Source of the DNA: a virus
Taxonomy: Duplodnaviria; Caudoviricetes
Strand: one strand, 5' to 3'
DNA: 24,431 nucleotides
Virus record (IMG/VR): IMGVR_UViG_3300034993_000015
Location: 1 to 24,431 of that record
Position numbers and translations under genes: made by a program
The notes under the pieces: model-generated
What the model was told of the DNA's origin: nothing
Databases searched by the model: none
Seen by the model: the letters and a program-made list of their open reading frames with translations, nothing else
Part shown: piece by piece, positions 1 to 9,504 of the stretch
How the letters are laid out: each line of letters starts with the position of its first letter
Numbering within the stretch: the stretch's first letter is position 1

Positions 1-3000
1 GCATCAGACATAAGCTGGTGAGTCCATGCAAGGAAGTCACTCTCGATTGCTGAATTGTGTCGGACAGAAAGCTTATTAAGAAGCTCGTCAAACTTAGCCA
101 CTTCTTTCTCAAAACCAACAGCCATTCGTCCAAAGATACTGGCGACGTACTGGCGCTGCTGCTGACGGAAGGCCTCGGCAGGATTGTCCTTCAAGAACCC
201 ATCAATCATCCCGCCAGCGTTACCGGCATCGGCGAGGAACTTTTTGGTGGAGATATTAACCACCTTCGCCTCGGCAAACATAGCCTCAGCGGCTTCTTTA
301 ATCTCCGCATGGGTCATCGAGAACTCAAGATCACCCTTGGTTGCCAGCGCCAGTGTTTGTTCGTGCAGAAACTCAATCTGCGATTGTGAAAGAACATGAT
401 CCTGCGCTTCCTGCAGTACCTCCGCCGAAGTCTGGCCATACTTCTCCTGCATCACCTGTTCGGTTTCCATCTCCACCAACCTACGCTTGTAGGTCAATGC
501 CGTCATCCCCGCGTTCGTTCTTGCTTGTGTAAGCTCTGCAAGGCGATCGACCAACTGACGGCCAGAACCATACCCGAACAGACCAGCAAGATCATCAGGA
601 CGCATACCATCAGCAGAGACATAGGCTTCGGGGAGGGCTTTCTTCTGCTCCGCCGTGAGATACTGTGATCCCAACTTCGGCTTAGCGACTCGCTCTCCGT
701 AGAGTAATCCGCTGGACATGAGGGCGTCCGCTGCAACGTCTGGTCGGGAATTGATGTTGATTTCAACTTCAGTCCGTACTTCTTGTTTGTTAAGCCGCCA
801 CTTTGCACTCCGCTCCCGTTCGATCTGCTCCATCTGGCGCTTCGTAAGTGCATCAACATCTTCTTGGTTCCTCTCCCTGATCAGCTTTTCCCACTTCTCA
901 CGTTGCTTCATAGTAAGCCAATCAGGGAACCGGCCCTTGAATGGCGAACGATCTTCCATTCGGGTCATGCCCGGGAGTTCGGGTTCTTTCTCCGAAGCCA
1001 GCGGTTGCCCCTTCCTCCGAGGAACAGCTGTGCCAGCCCTACGGGCCCCTACCTCACCGCTTTCAATCTTCTCAAACAATTCATCAATAGTCGGAACATG
1101 ACCGAAGACGGACTTAATCGCTTCAAGAACTTCCTTAAAGAACTGAGCCATCTTCTGGAAGCCCGCTTCAACCGCGGAGTTATAACGCTTCCTCGGACCT
1201 GAGGTCTGTGCTCCCCACGTGCCGAATTCTTCTGCTACAGCTTCTTCTAAAAGCTCCATATCCGACATCTTATGTCGCTCGTAGCGATTGCGTATGTCGT
1301 AACGACTGATCCAATCTTCTTCCTTGGCAACCTTCGCTATCGCATCCCACTCAACATCGCGAATAAATCTGTAATCGCGGAGGAAGTGAATAGCCTCATG
1401 TCGGGTAGTCTTACCTACATCTCTAGCGTTGAGTGCCGTAACGATGATAGGTTGAAGATTCTTCTTGGTGACGTAAACACCAGAAACCTCAACACCCGTA
1501 AGTGATGCCTTCTGAACAGTTATATTCTGTGCTCGAGGTGCGATTCGCTCAAGAATCTCCGACACCTTCTGAGCAAGTTCTTCTTCCTTGGCGGTGAACT
1601 TATCTCGAGGTTTATATTCAATCTCAACGCCAGCTGGAAGAGTAGCCTTCTTCATCCCCTCACCAGAAAGAATTTCCGCGGCGATGTCAAGATCAGGTTC
1701 GTCAAGTTTAACGACAAACCTATCTCCATGACTCTCCCATGTACCAGCCTTATCCCTCGCACCACTGACCCTATACCCTGTGAGGGTTTCAGCGTTTGGG
1801 AATTCGGCCTTCATTTGTCTCTGTAATAAATCACGTATAGCACTTGGGCCGAACTTATTCTGGGCCTTATCCCTTTCAAGGCCTGAAATATCCTCTATGT
1901 AGAGTTCCTTTCCGCCTTTCTGCTCTGAAAGAAGGATATATCCTTGCGAGACACCTGCTTCGTCAGTGAATTCGAAGTTATGAAATTGTTCTTCAGGAGT
2001 ACCGCTACGCTTTAACAGCAACTTCCTCTGCTGGGGCAGCGGCGGCATCTGGAACTTAGCCGCATCACGAACTTGGCGGATAGCTTCGCCGTTGCGGTCG
2101 AGGACTTCAAGATCAGCATCGTTGAAGACGACGAAGTTGCGGGTTAGAGATTTTTCGACTCTACTCCGCATTTCAGGATCGGCACGTAATGCGTTCTGCA
2201 TAGAATAGCTATCAAGGTCGGCACGACGTGTGCGCGACCCCTGATCCAAGAACTTGATGCCGGGGATGCCTTCGCTAGCCATAAGCTCAGCGACGGCTTT
2301 CTTATCCATTCCACGAAATAGCTTACCCACAGTTATAGAATGTATATTATCGCCAGTGCTTTCATCGTGGACGATACTTGTACGTCCATCGTCCTCACGC
2401 AGCTTGTACTTCTCCACAAAATCCTTTACAGCCTGCGGCTGATCCGCAAGCTTGGCATCCCAATCCAAAAACTCCTCAGGGTTTCGCTTCACCCGGACGC
2501 GGTAGAGGTTGCCCGGTTTCAAATCCATCAATGGCGTGCCGGAGAAAGGATTACCTGGCACAATTGCCGGTGTTGCCGTACCGGTCTGTGTGGGTTTTAC
2601 ATAGCTCTTAGCGACCTCTGGATTCTCTGCTACATAATGTCCGTACCCAAAGCTCTGTGCCCCCTGACCAGTTCCAATCTTCTCACTACTAAACGCATCA
2701 AACTCCGCAGCTGATCCATGATAAACATCAATATCCGCTCTAGCAGTCGCCTCTTCCTTCGTGGACTGTCCAGGCCTAGGCCTAATATGATCGTGAAGAG
2801 CATCTTGTACTTCTGGCTTAACCCTACTCAACCATATCGATAATGGAATTTGTACATCTGAATTCGAACTGAGGCCCAGCTGAAGTTGGCCTTGCAAGTC
2901 GGGCACAGCACCCAATAATCCATCGTCGATCTCTGGAAGTTTGTTTCCGTACAACTTAACAACTGCATCCGGACTGACTCCAATGTACATGTCTGGATGG

Positions 3001-3926
3001 GTGGCGAGGAAGTCTTGAAAATACTCTGGACTACGCTCTCGAGTTGCGGATTTGTCTGCGGCACTCTCGAGCTCCTTCAGGTTCTGAAGATCAATCTTCG
3101 CCTGCTCATCCTTGATCTTGTCGATGATGGGATGAATACCGTATGGAGGCTCTTCCCCGGCCTCGATATAAGTCTTGGCCTTGTCAAAAGCCTCAGCCAT
3201 CCGCTTGACTTGAAGCTGCTCGATATGCACAGGGCCCGGTTTGGGTCGTATACCGAAGGTGGGCTGGTTGGTGAGCATCTCCAACATGCCGCCAACATCC
3301 TTGCCCAGCTTCCTCGCTGAGCTGGGGTCCATACCAGATTGCGCCGCTAGTGTCTCAGTACCAGCGACACCGCCTTCGATGATCCCTTTTATGCCTGCCG
3401 CCAACCCACGAAACACAACCTCAACAGGTGTCGCAGCGAGTTTGATATTTGTCGCCAACATCGGATAATTGCCGGCGAACTCAATCCCAGCCGGTGAGTT
3501 GACGATCCAATCTCCAATAGTCTGCTCGCCCCAACCCTCTTTCACCCCCTGAATAGCCGCCTCAAGCGCGGAGCCAGTGGCTTTGAATAGAGGAAATCGT
3601 GAAGGGGGATTGAGTTTATCTAAGGCCTGACTGGTTTCGTCAAGCGCAGAATAATCGTCATTAGAAATCTTCGTAGCGTAGGCGTTCCTGCGGATGTATT
3701 CTTGAATATGTTGATTCTGAGAGACAATATCCCCCGTCATCTGCTGCTTAGTTTGAGCCTCAAACCCTTCCAAATCCCCCGACACTACCTCCGGTGGAAC
3801 ACCGGTAGCACGAGATAGATCGAGCGTCCTAACTGCATCGTCAGGACTGGCATCGAAATCCGCAACTGCCCTCCTGCGCGGAACAGCTATAAAGTCCAGA
3901 ATCTCTGCGTCATAATCATTGCTCAT
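1..3926 (-). CDS. Large internal virion/DNA-ejection protein (T7 gp16 position), polyvalent protein with ART-like and zincin metallopeptidase domains; 3'-truncated by window edge
   Basis: Not in the ORF track because there is no stop inside the window. Manual translation from ATG at 3926 (ATGA overlap with the stop of the 595 aa ORF) gives MSNDYDAEILDFIAVPRRRAVADFDASPDDAVRTLDLSRATGVPP... and stays open to position 1 (>1300 aa). Contains VYHGSAAEFDAFSSEKIGTGQGAQSFGYGHYVAENPEVAKSY...GIPGIKFLDQGSR...RNFVVFND (~2120-2726) and TTRHEAIHFLR...EEAVAEEF (~1224-1409). It is the last of three ejection-type genes after the tail tubular genes. Confidence 0.85.
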   Translation of the reverse strand, partial: MSNDYDAEILDFIAVPRRRAVADFDASPDDAVRTLDLSRATGVPPEVVSGDLEGFEAQTKQQMTGDIVSQNQHIQEYIRRNAYATKISNDDYSALDETSQALDKLNPPSRFPLFKATGSALEAAIQGVKEGWGEQTIGDWIVNSPAGIEFAGNYPMLATNIKLAATPVEVVFRGLAAGIKGIIEGGVAGTETLAAQSGMDPSSARKLGKDVGGMLEMLTNQPTFGIRPKPGPVHIEQLQVKRMAEAFDKAKTYIEAGEEPPYGIHPIIDKIKDEQAKIDLQNLKELESAADKSATRERSPEYFQDFLATHPDMYIGVSPDAVVKLYGNKLPEIDDGLLGAVPDLQGQLQLGLSSNSDVQIPLSIWLSRVKPEVQDALHDHIRPRPGQSTKEEATARADIDVYHGSAAEFDAFSSEKIGTGQGAQSFGYGHYVAENPEVAKSYVKPTQTGTATPAIVPGNPFSGTPLMDLKPGNLYRVRVKRNPEEFLDWDAKLADQPQAVKDFVEKYKLREDDGRTSIVHDESTGDNIHSITVGKLFRGMDKKAVAELMASEGIPGIKFLDQGSRTRRADLDSYSMQNALRADPEMRSRVEKSLTRNFVVFNDADLEVLDRNGEAIRQVRDAAKFQMPPLPQQRKLLLKRSGTPEEQFHNFEFTDEAGVSQGYILLSEQKGGKELYIEDISGLERDKAQNKFGPSAIRDLLQRQMKAEFPNAETLTGYRVSGARDKAGTWESHGDRFVVKLDEPDLDIAAEILSGEGMKKATLPAGVEIEYKPRDKFTAKEEELAQKVSEILERIAPRAQNITVQKASLTGVEVSGVYVTKKNLQPIIVTALNARDVGKTTRHEAIHFLRDYRFIRDVEWDAIAKVAKEEDWISRYDIRNRYERHKMSDMELLEEAVAEEFGTWGAQTSGPRKRYNSAVEAGFQKMAQFFKEVLEAIKSVFGHVPTIDELFEKIESGEVGARRAGTAVPRRKGQPLASEKEPELPGMTRMEDRSPFKGRFPDWLTMKQREKWEKLIRERNQEDVDALTKRQMEQIERERSAKWRLNKQEVRTEVEININSRPDVAADALMSSGLLYGERVAKPKLGSQYLTAEQKKALPEAYVSADGMRPDDLAGLFGYGSGRQLVDRLAELTQARTNAGMTALTYKRRLVEMETEQVMQEKYGQTSAEVLQEAQDHVLSQSQIEFLHEQTLALATKGDLEFSMTHAEIKEAAEAMFAEAKVVNISTKKFLADAGNAGGMIDGFLKDNPAEAFRQQQRQYVASIFGRMAVGFEKEVAKFDELLNKLSVRHNSAIESDFLAWTHQLMSD

Positions 3927-5710
3927 TGACGAGGAACCTGTGGACCTGAGGGAGGTTTAGACGCAGGAGGTTTGGCAAAGAGTTTCTTATATTCAGTGTT
4001 GATATAGATACGGCGAACCATTTCATCAGTAACTTGATCTGGCTTGAGGCCCATCTGGGACCATGTTGGACGATTGCGAATTTTCTCAGCTTCAGTTGCA
4101 GGTACAGGGGTCTGGTAGAATGGTTTCTTAGCACCACCAAACACAGGCCAACCACTTGGACTTCCCCATTGCCATGGAGACTGCCGCAGAAGTTGCTGGC
4201 CAATCCTATTGATATCTTCATCCTTCGGCAACTTCTTATTATCAGCTTGAAAAGTATTTATAGCATATTGAAGCGATCCCACAAATTGATCATATCCTTC
4301 CTCATTATCTCTACGATTGAGTTTAGCGGCACCAAGCATTGGTCGTAGAATATTCAAAGCATGCCCAACGCGAGGATCGGAGTCGGCATTCTGCATCTTC
4401 TTTTCTTGGAGTTTAATAAACTCCTGCTTCCACTCTGTTGGAAGATTCATATTTGGAAAGTCTTGATCCATAAACTTCGCCGGATCAGAGTTCGCCATTC
4501 CATGCAGACGACGATATTCCGCCAGCATCTCAGGAGTTTTTTCAACAACAAGACCCTGCTTCACATTCTTAGCCAAACTGGAAATCACAGCCTTCTGTGC
4601 CTCAGGGTCCAATGCCTCATAAGCCCGCTTCACCCTCGAATCGATAGTGATTTCCTCAAGCGTTGTACGCAGCTTTCCTCCCGGCATCGGCGCCATAATC
4701 GTCCCATGAACAAGAAGCTTATTGGTGTTATCATAATCCCGCTTGGCCGCGCGGGTCTGCGCAACCGAAGTCTGAATCCTCTGTCGAACATAATCCTTAA
4801 TCACCGGATCATTCGGAGCGTATTTCTCCGCCAGCCGATCCCCTTCCTCAAACATCTGCTGAAGGGACTTATTCTTATTCAGCGGATCGTCTTTAATATG
4901 GGCGGTGACTTGATCGGCGATAACCCTCGAACCAGTTTGCCTGACGTTGGTTTGAACCACCTTCTCCGTCGAGTCGAACTTATCACCAAGGATGGATTTG
5001 TACTGCTCAAGCATCTTCGCAGCGGCTTCGGGATTCCGCTGGGCCATGCCCTTGATCCGCTGCGATTGCATCTCACGAAACCACTCTTGCTTCTTAGCGA
5101 GAACAGTTCCTTCACTATCTCCAAGAATCCCCGCCTCTTGCTCAATCTGTTCCTCACCCTTCTTTAGCCCATTTATGAAGGTGAGATTATTCTCGGGATC
5201 AGAAAACGCTTCGTTCTTAATAACCTCAAGCTTAGCCTTACCAGTCTGAATCAGGTAGCTCTTGAATTGAGTTCCAGCATGGCCCGCGCTACTGATTGTC
5301 TGTCGAGCAAGCTGGTTCCTTGTCTCACTATCGTAAAGACGACGGGAATGCGGGTTGGTAAGACTATCACGTATCTTGTTTCTAGCGGCTTCGAGGCGTT
5401 CAAGATGACCGGGGAGGTTGGCTTTAGCATTGCGCCCAAGTTCTGATTTGAATTCTTCATGCATCAGCCCCGACTGTGTAGCGAATTCAATCGCAGCGCG
5501 ATCCGCGTCCGTGCGATTCTCTAGCTCCTGAATGGCAAGTGCCCTGCGGAATAATTCATCCCCAGCGCCTTCGACAGTCTTACCGAGGGTGCTAACAGCA
5601 GCGCCAACATTCTCACCGAAGGCTGCGCCTGACGTACCTACGTTAAGCTCAGGCGTGCCTTGTGTGGAGGGCTCAACCGACGGTACCGGATTGTATGGGA
5701 CTTTTGCCAT
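3923..5710 (-). CDS. Internal virion (ejection) protein, T7 gp15 position
   Basis: 595 aa helical, K/Q/E-rich protein. The N-terminus MAKVPYNPVPSVEPSTQGTP...AAFGENVGAAVSTLG is typical of podophage ejection proteins. Coupled to both neighbours (TGATG, ATGA). Confidence 0.75.
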   Translation of the reverse strand: MAKVPYNPVPSVEPSTQGTPELNVGTSGAAFGENVGAAVSTLGKTVEGAGDELFRRALAIQELENRTDADRAAIEFATQSGLMHEEFKSELGRNAKANLPGHLERLEAARNKIRDSLTNPHSRRLYDSETRNQLARQTISSAGHAGTQFKSYLIQTGKAKLEVIKNEAFSDPENNLTFINGLKKGEEQIEQEAGILGDSEGTVLAKKQEWFREMQSQRIKGMAQRNPEAAAKMLEQYKSILGDKFDSTEKVVQTNVRQTGSRVIADQVTAHIKDDPLNKNKSLQQMFEEGDRLAEKYAPNDPVIKDYVRQRIQTSVAQTRAAKRDYDNTNKLLVHGTIMAPMPGGKLRTTLEEITIDSRVKRAYEALDPEAQKAVISSLAKNVKQGLVVEKTPEMLAEYRRLHGMANSDPAKFMDQDFPNMNLPTEWKQEFIKLQEKKMQNADSDPRVGHALNILRPMLGAAKLNRRDNEEGYDQFVGSLQYAINTFQADNKKLPKDEDINRIGQQLLRQSPWQWGSPSGWPVFGGAKKPFYQTPVPATEAEKIRNRPTWSQMGLKPDQVTDEMVRRIYINTEYKKLFAKPPASKPPSGPQVPRQ

Positions 5711-6252
5711 CAGTTATCACCCCAAAGGCCCATCTGATTTCCCTGAAGCCACTTGCTTGAGACACTGGTTGCGGTTCCAAGGAGAGAAGAGGCAACCGCA
5801 TACCTTCCAGCAGTCCTGGCGTTGCTAGAGGATGCGTCCGCCATCGCGGCCTTGTTCCCTTCTTCCATCCCACCCACTTCGTACGCGTAGGCCCGCCTAG
5901 CGGCGTTGGCGCGGATGGTTCCTTGATCGGTAAGGTCGATGGCTCGCTGGCTGTCCCGAATATCCACAGCCGATCCACCATCCACCTTCAACCCACTGGC
6001 GCCTTGCTGTGCCAGAATCGCACCGGCCCTTTGCCTGGCGGCGATACCATGTCGCTGGGCCTGATTATCGCCAATTACCCGCTGGTAATCCGCATTCTGC
6101 TTGGCGATGTCTTGATTAATCCTAGCCTGCGCGGCCTGATATTGATACATCTGCGACTGCGCCTTCGCCTGTTGCGAAGCACCAACCGCTGACACAATAC
6201 CGCCACCGATAGTCGTAGCAATACTCGCAATCGCTATCAGTTCTGGTCCCAT
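5710..6252 (-). CDS. Internal virion protein B-like (T7 gp14 position) ejection protein
   Basis: 180 aa with an N-terminal hydrophobic Gly/Ala helix, an A/Q-rich body and a GASGLKVDGGSAVD motif. Lies directly after the gp13-like gene. Confidence 0.8.
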   Translation of the reverse strand: MGPELIAIASIATTIGGGIVSAVGASQQAKAQSQMYQYQAAQARINQDIAKQNADYQRVIGDNQAQRHGIAARQRAGAILAQQGASGLKVDGGSAVDIRDSQRAIDLTDQGTIRANAARRAYAYEVGGMEEGNKAAMADASSSNARTAGRYAVASSLLGTATSVSSKWLQGNQMGLWGDN

Positions 6253-6253
6253 C

Positions 6254-6661
6254 TCAGTTCTTCCTTATTGTGAAATCGAGCATATCGCCATTGGGTTCGA
6301 ACTTCGCGCCGAGCCACTCCAACCACCTGATCGCTTTCTTATTACTTCGAAGAGTATGGCCCCACAATTCACCATACTCTTCTAGCATCTTTTTTACAGC
6401 AATCTGACTCTTTCTCACAAACAAAAACTCATGACCTTTCATATCAGGGCTAGTATATAGCCATAGATAAGCCTTATCCGAAAGTAAAGTCGTAGGTACA
6501 ACTCCCCAGATGCAAATAAGCTTTCCATCTATCTTACCTATATTCAAATTCTCACTTATCGACACCATCTGCGACAGTGTCATTCGATGCTCTTCCTCAA
6601 CGTCCGATAAGACAGTGTAGATGATATCCGCCCGACTTACCTGTCCCATTTTAGTTCTCAT
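6254..6661 (-). CDS. Internal virion protein A-like / GNAT-fold protein (T7 gp13 position)
   Basis: 135 aa with ICIWGV...AYLWLYTS...NKKAIRWLEWLGAKF, the pattern of gp13-like GNAT-fold proteins. ATGA overlap with tail tubular B. Confidence 0.8.
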   Translation of the reverse strand: MRTKMGQVSRADIIYTVLSDVEEEHRMTLSQMVSISENLNIGKIDGKLICIWGVVPTTLLSDKAYLWLYTSPDMKGHEFLFVRKSQIAVKKMLEEYGELWGHTLRSNKKAIRWLEWLGAKFEPNGDMLDFTIRKN

Positions 6662-9504
6662 TTACGATTGAACACCGTAAAGGTTGGAATGACACCAAGA
6701 ATAGTAGCAGGGAAGGGAAAGAGTTGCATGAAGCAATACTGCCCTTGCTCGCTGTACTTCGGATCGAGAATAGTCATGGCATCGCCGGTGACAAGGTCAG
6801 TGACTTGTTCGTTGGTTTGAGAGCCGATATTTCCTGGCACTGTGTCGCGCATGGCGGTGAGGTTGCTAAAGGTAGAGCCTGTGAACATCCACATGCTATC
6901 TGTTACTCTAGCAGTAACCTTGGTGATCTTTTTCTGCTCGCCCTGGATGGTGGGCTCGCCAACCTCTAACGCCAGAGTTTTAAGCTTCGGAAAGTATTGT
7001 ATCCCTATTGTTAATTTGCTAGTCAACGCTGGAAGTGTAAACGATCCATCCTCCGGCATCACAAACGAATCGACCATAACGCCGTCGGCAAGTCCTGTGA
7101 CTGTTTGTCCCGCAAGATGTGAGGCGCCGTAGAATGTGGCAACCGGCGATCCATCATACCGAACCGCCGCATCAACAGTCCAAGCGTCCTCAACTCCCTC
7201 AGGAAAGGTCCTTTCTTGAAACCGCTCTATCCACTTCATCGTGACGCCGTTGATTACTCTCTCCACAACGACATAGACGAAGTCGTTCAAGACCCCTTCG
7301 CTATTTGCCTCAGTTATACAGGCAACAGATTTGAATAGCGATGTGCCGGTATCGGTAAGGGTATTATGATGGGTCCAACCAATCAGTTCCTGCTCCTTCA
7401 TGAACGTGCAGGTGAGCAGGGTGCCGTCGCTTCTAATCGCATGAAGAAGTTTGAAAGGCTCTTCGGCCCAGCACCATTCTAGAATCTCATAGCCATAGAA
7501 TAGATGACTGGAAAGAACAGAAATATCCGTGCCGGTGAAGACGTTGGTGTAGAAGTTATAAGCGATATCTCTAACAATCGACCCCTTAGCTTGGACGTAG
7601 AGAATGTCAAAGTTACACACAATCGGCGGAACTTCGCTTGAACCGATGTACGATTGCGGATTGGCACGGATATCCGCAGGGGTAATTGGCGCTGAATCCC
7701 CACCGCCATTGATCAACCAATTGGTTGAGTTAGTGAAGACGATCAAGCCTGATTGCATTGGAACCATATGGCGAATAGAGTTCAGTTGACCTGAACTCAA
7801 CTCCACACTGATCGCATCATCTGGCTGAATAGGATCGCTAACGTCGAAGTTGAAATACGCTCCTGTGCGACTGAAGTCGATAACTTGTGGAGCGAGGATT
7901 TTCGCCGCTAGCGCCAAGCGCTGTTGGAAGATCGCTGGCACGCCAGGATAGCCAGCAGCAGTTGTCTGCAAAGCCGCAGTAGCTGTGGCTGTACCTGAAG
8001 AAAAAGTAACCACTGGAACTGACGTATAACCAGACCCGGTGTTGTTTAAGATCAGATTGTTTATCTCGTGGTTGACATCGACCGTGGTAGGGTCTTGGCC
8101 AGGACCAGGATCGGTTTGAATTATAGGATTGGCTGGCGTTGAACCTGTTGCGATAGTTCCCGGATTAGACCCAGGATACCCCATCGGCTGGAACGCCGTT
8201 ATAATGCCTGAGAAGTCAACGCTAGCAACTACAAATACCACACCATTGGGAAAATTGACTTTGTCACCAACATCATGTGTCTCTGTGCCCGGGTCAACAA
8301 TGACCGGTGTGAAACCGTCCGAAATACCAAGGGTAGCAGTGGCTGTGGCGGTTACACCACCAGCAGGAGCAGCAGCGATTGTAACTATCGGAACAGCGGC
8401 GTATAGATCGTTCGAAGTCAAGGTAAGTGATTCAACACCGGCACCTTGAAATGGGTTCCTAGAGACCGGTACACCAACAGTGAAGTCAGCTTCAATGTTA
8501 GTGTCATCAAAGGCCAAGCCTTTAGTGTTGCCGATATATCCGTAAGCAGCGCCAGATGGCACGGCGTTACCATAGACAAGTGTGGCTCGATAGACATTGT
8601 AGCTCGTCGCGCCTGTAGCAGCGGTCCAAGTTAACCGATTAGTTCCCGCCACACTTCGGATATCTTGGATGTTAGACAGGGTCGCTGGTGTGCTAGGCGC
8701 AGATTCCTGTCCACCTATATCAACACTCGTCACAACATAGGCGTAGTAGACAGTTCCGGCTGCGAGCGTCGTAGCTACGGATGGCGCTGGCGGTAAAACC
8801 GAAGTGCCAATAACCGCCGGGATCAATGTCCATTCATTAGCAGTAATGATCGACAGGATCATCGTTGGGTATTCAGGATGGGTAATAATCATCCGCGCGG
8901 TGTCTTGGACAAACTTAATGATCGACAAATCCTCAGCCAGATACGGAGAAGGCAAGGTATAAACCTTTGCTACCATACCACCGCTTGTATAAGCTGTCCA
9001 TGCGGATGTATCAACTGGCACCCCATTCAAATCACCAAGTTCAATCTGATCAGCCGCAGGAACAGCAATCACGGTATAGCAGCGGTTGTTCGCCTCCAAC
9101 ATACCGCTGACATCTTCAATACATACAGAATCATCAACTGAGAAGTCATGGTTGGTGGATGTAGTTAAAACTCCCGGGCTCCCGTTGGTGATGTTGGAGA
9201 TTTCAAACTCTTCCTCAAGAATCTGTTCCGCGTTGGCGTAGAAGCGGATATACCGATCCCCGAATTCGAGGAGGTAACCCACATTCGAACTTGCCTGAAA
9301 TGGGATTAACCTAACTTGCTGATCCGAAATCCACGCCTGTCCACAATACTTAGTGCCGGGGCGAGTGCTGGCCCCACCACGATAATCGACGAAGAAATTC
9401 TCCATCAACTCTGCGGCTGAATGATATTTCGCCAGATCAACTCTGGCGTTCAGCGCTGGTGCCCATTCACCCGCATGGAAGGCTGTTTGGATTTCTTTAG
9501 TCAC
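6658..9504 (-). CDS. Tail tubular protein B (nozzle, T7 gp12-like)
   Basis: 948 aa, GTG start. Begins FHAGEWAPALNARVDLAKY...MENFFVDYRGGASTRPGT and contains RLIPFQ...YLLEFGDRYIRFY, YPGVPAIFQQRL and EQELIGWTHH, all characteristic of podophage nozzle proteins. Confidence 0.9.
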   Translation of the reverse strand: MTKEIQTAFHAGEWAPALNARVDLAKYHSAAELMENFFVDYRGGASTRPGTKYCGQAWISDQQVRLIPFQASSNVGYLLEFGDRYIRFYANAEQILEEEFEISNITNGSPGVLTTSTNHDFSVDDSVCIEDVSGMLEANNRCYTVIAVPAADQIELGDLNGVPVDTSAWTAYTSGGMVAKVYTLPSPYLAEDLSIIKFVQDTARMIITHPEYPTMILSIITANEWTLIPAVIGTSVLPPAPSVATTLAAGTVYYAYVVTSVDIGGQESAPSTPATLSNIQDIRSVAGTNRLTWTAATGATSYNVYRATLVYGNAVPSGAAYGYIGNTKGLAFDDTNIEADFTVGVPVSRNPFQGAGVESLTLTSNDLYAAVPIVTIAAAPAGGVTATATATLGISDGFTPVIVDPGTETHDVGDKVNFPNGVVFVVASVDFSGIITAFQPMGYPGSNPGTIATGSTPANPIIQTDPGPGQDPTTVDVNHEINNLILNNTGSGYTSVPVVTFSSGTATATAALQTTAAGYPGVPAIFQQRLALAAKILAPQVIDFSRTGAYFNFDVSDPIQPDDAISVELSSGQLNSIRHMVPMQSGLIVFTNSTNWLINGGGDSAPITPADIRANPQSYIGSSEVPPIVCNFDILYVQAKGSIVRDIAYNFYTNVFTGTDISVLSSHLFYGYEILEWCWAEEPFKLLHAIRSDGTLLTCTFMKEQELIGWTHHNTLTDTGTSLFKSVACITEANSEGVLNDFVYVVVERVINGVTMKWIERFQERTFPEGVEDAWTVDAAVRYDGSPVATFYGASHLAGQTVTGLADGVMVDSFVMPEDGSFTLPALTSKLTIGIQYFPKLKTLALEVGEPTIQGEQKKITKVTARVTDSMWMFTGSTFSNLTAMRDTVPGNIGSQTNEQVTDLVTGDAMTILDPKYSEQGQYCFMQLFPFPATILGVIPTFTVFNRK

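Noticed and set aside
57-3468. Numerous plus-strand and short minus-strand ORFs in the track over 1-3.5 kb
   Set aside because: All are shadows of one continuous minus-strand frame (3926 to <1) with recognisable domains, and their translations have no protein-like features.
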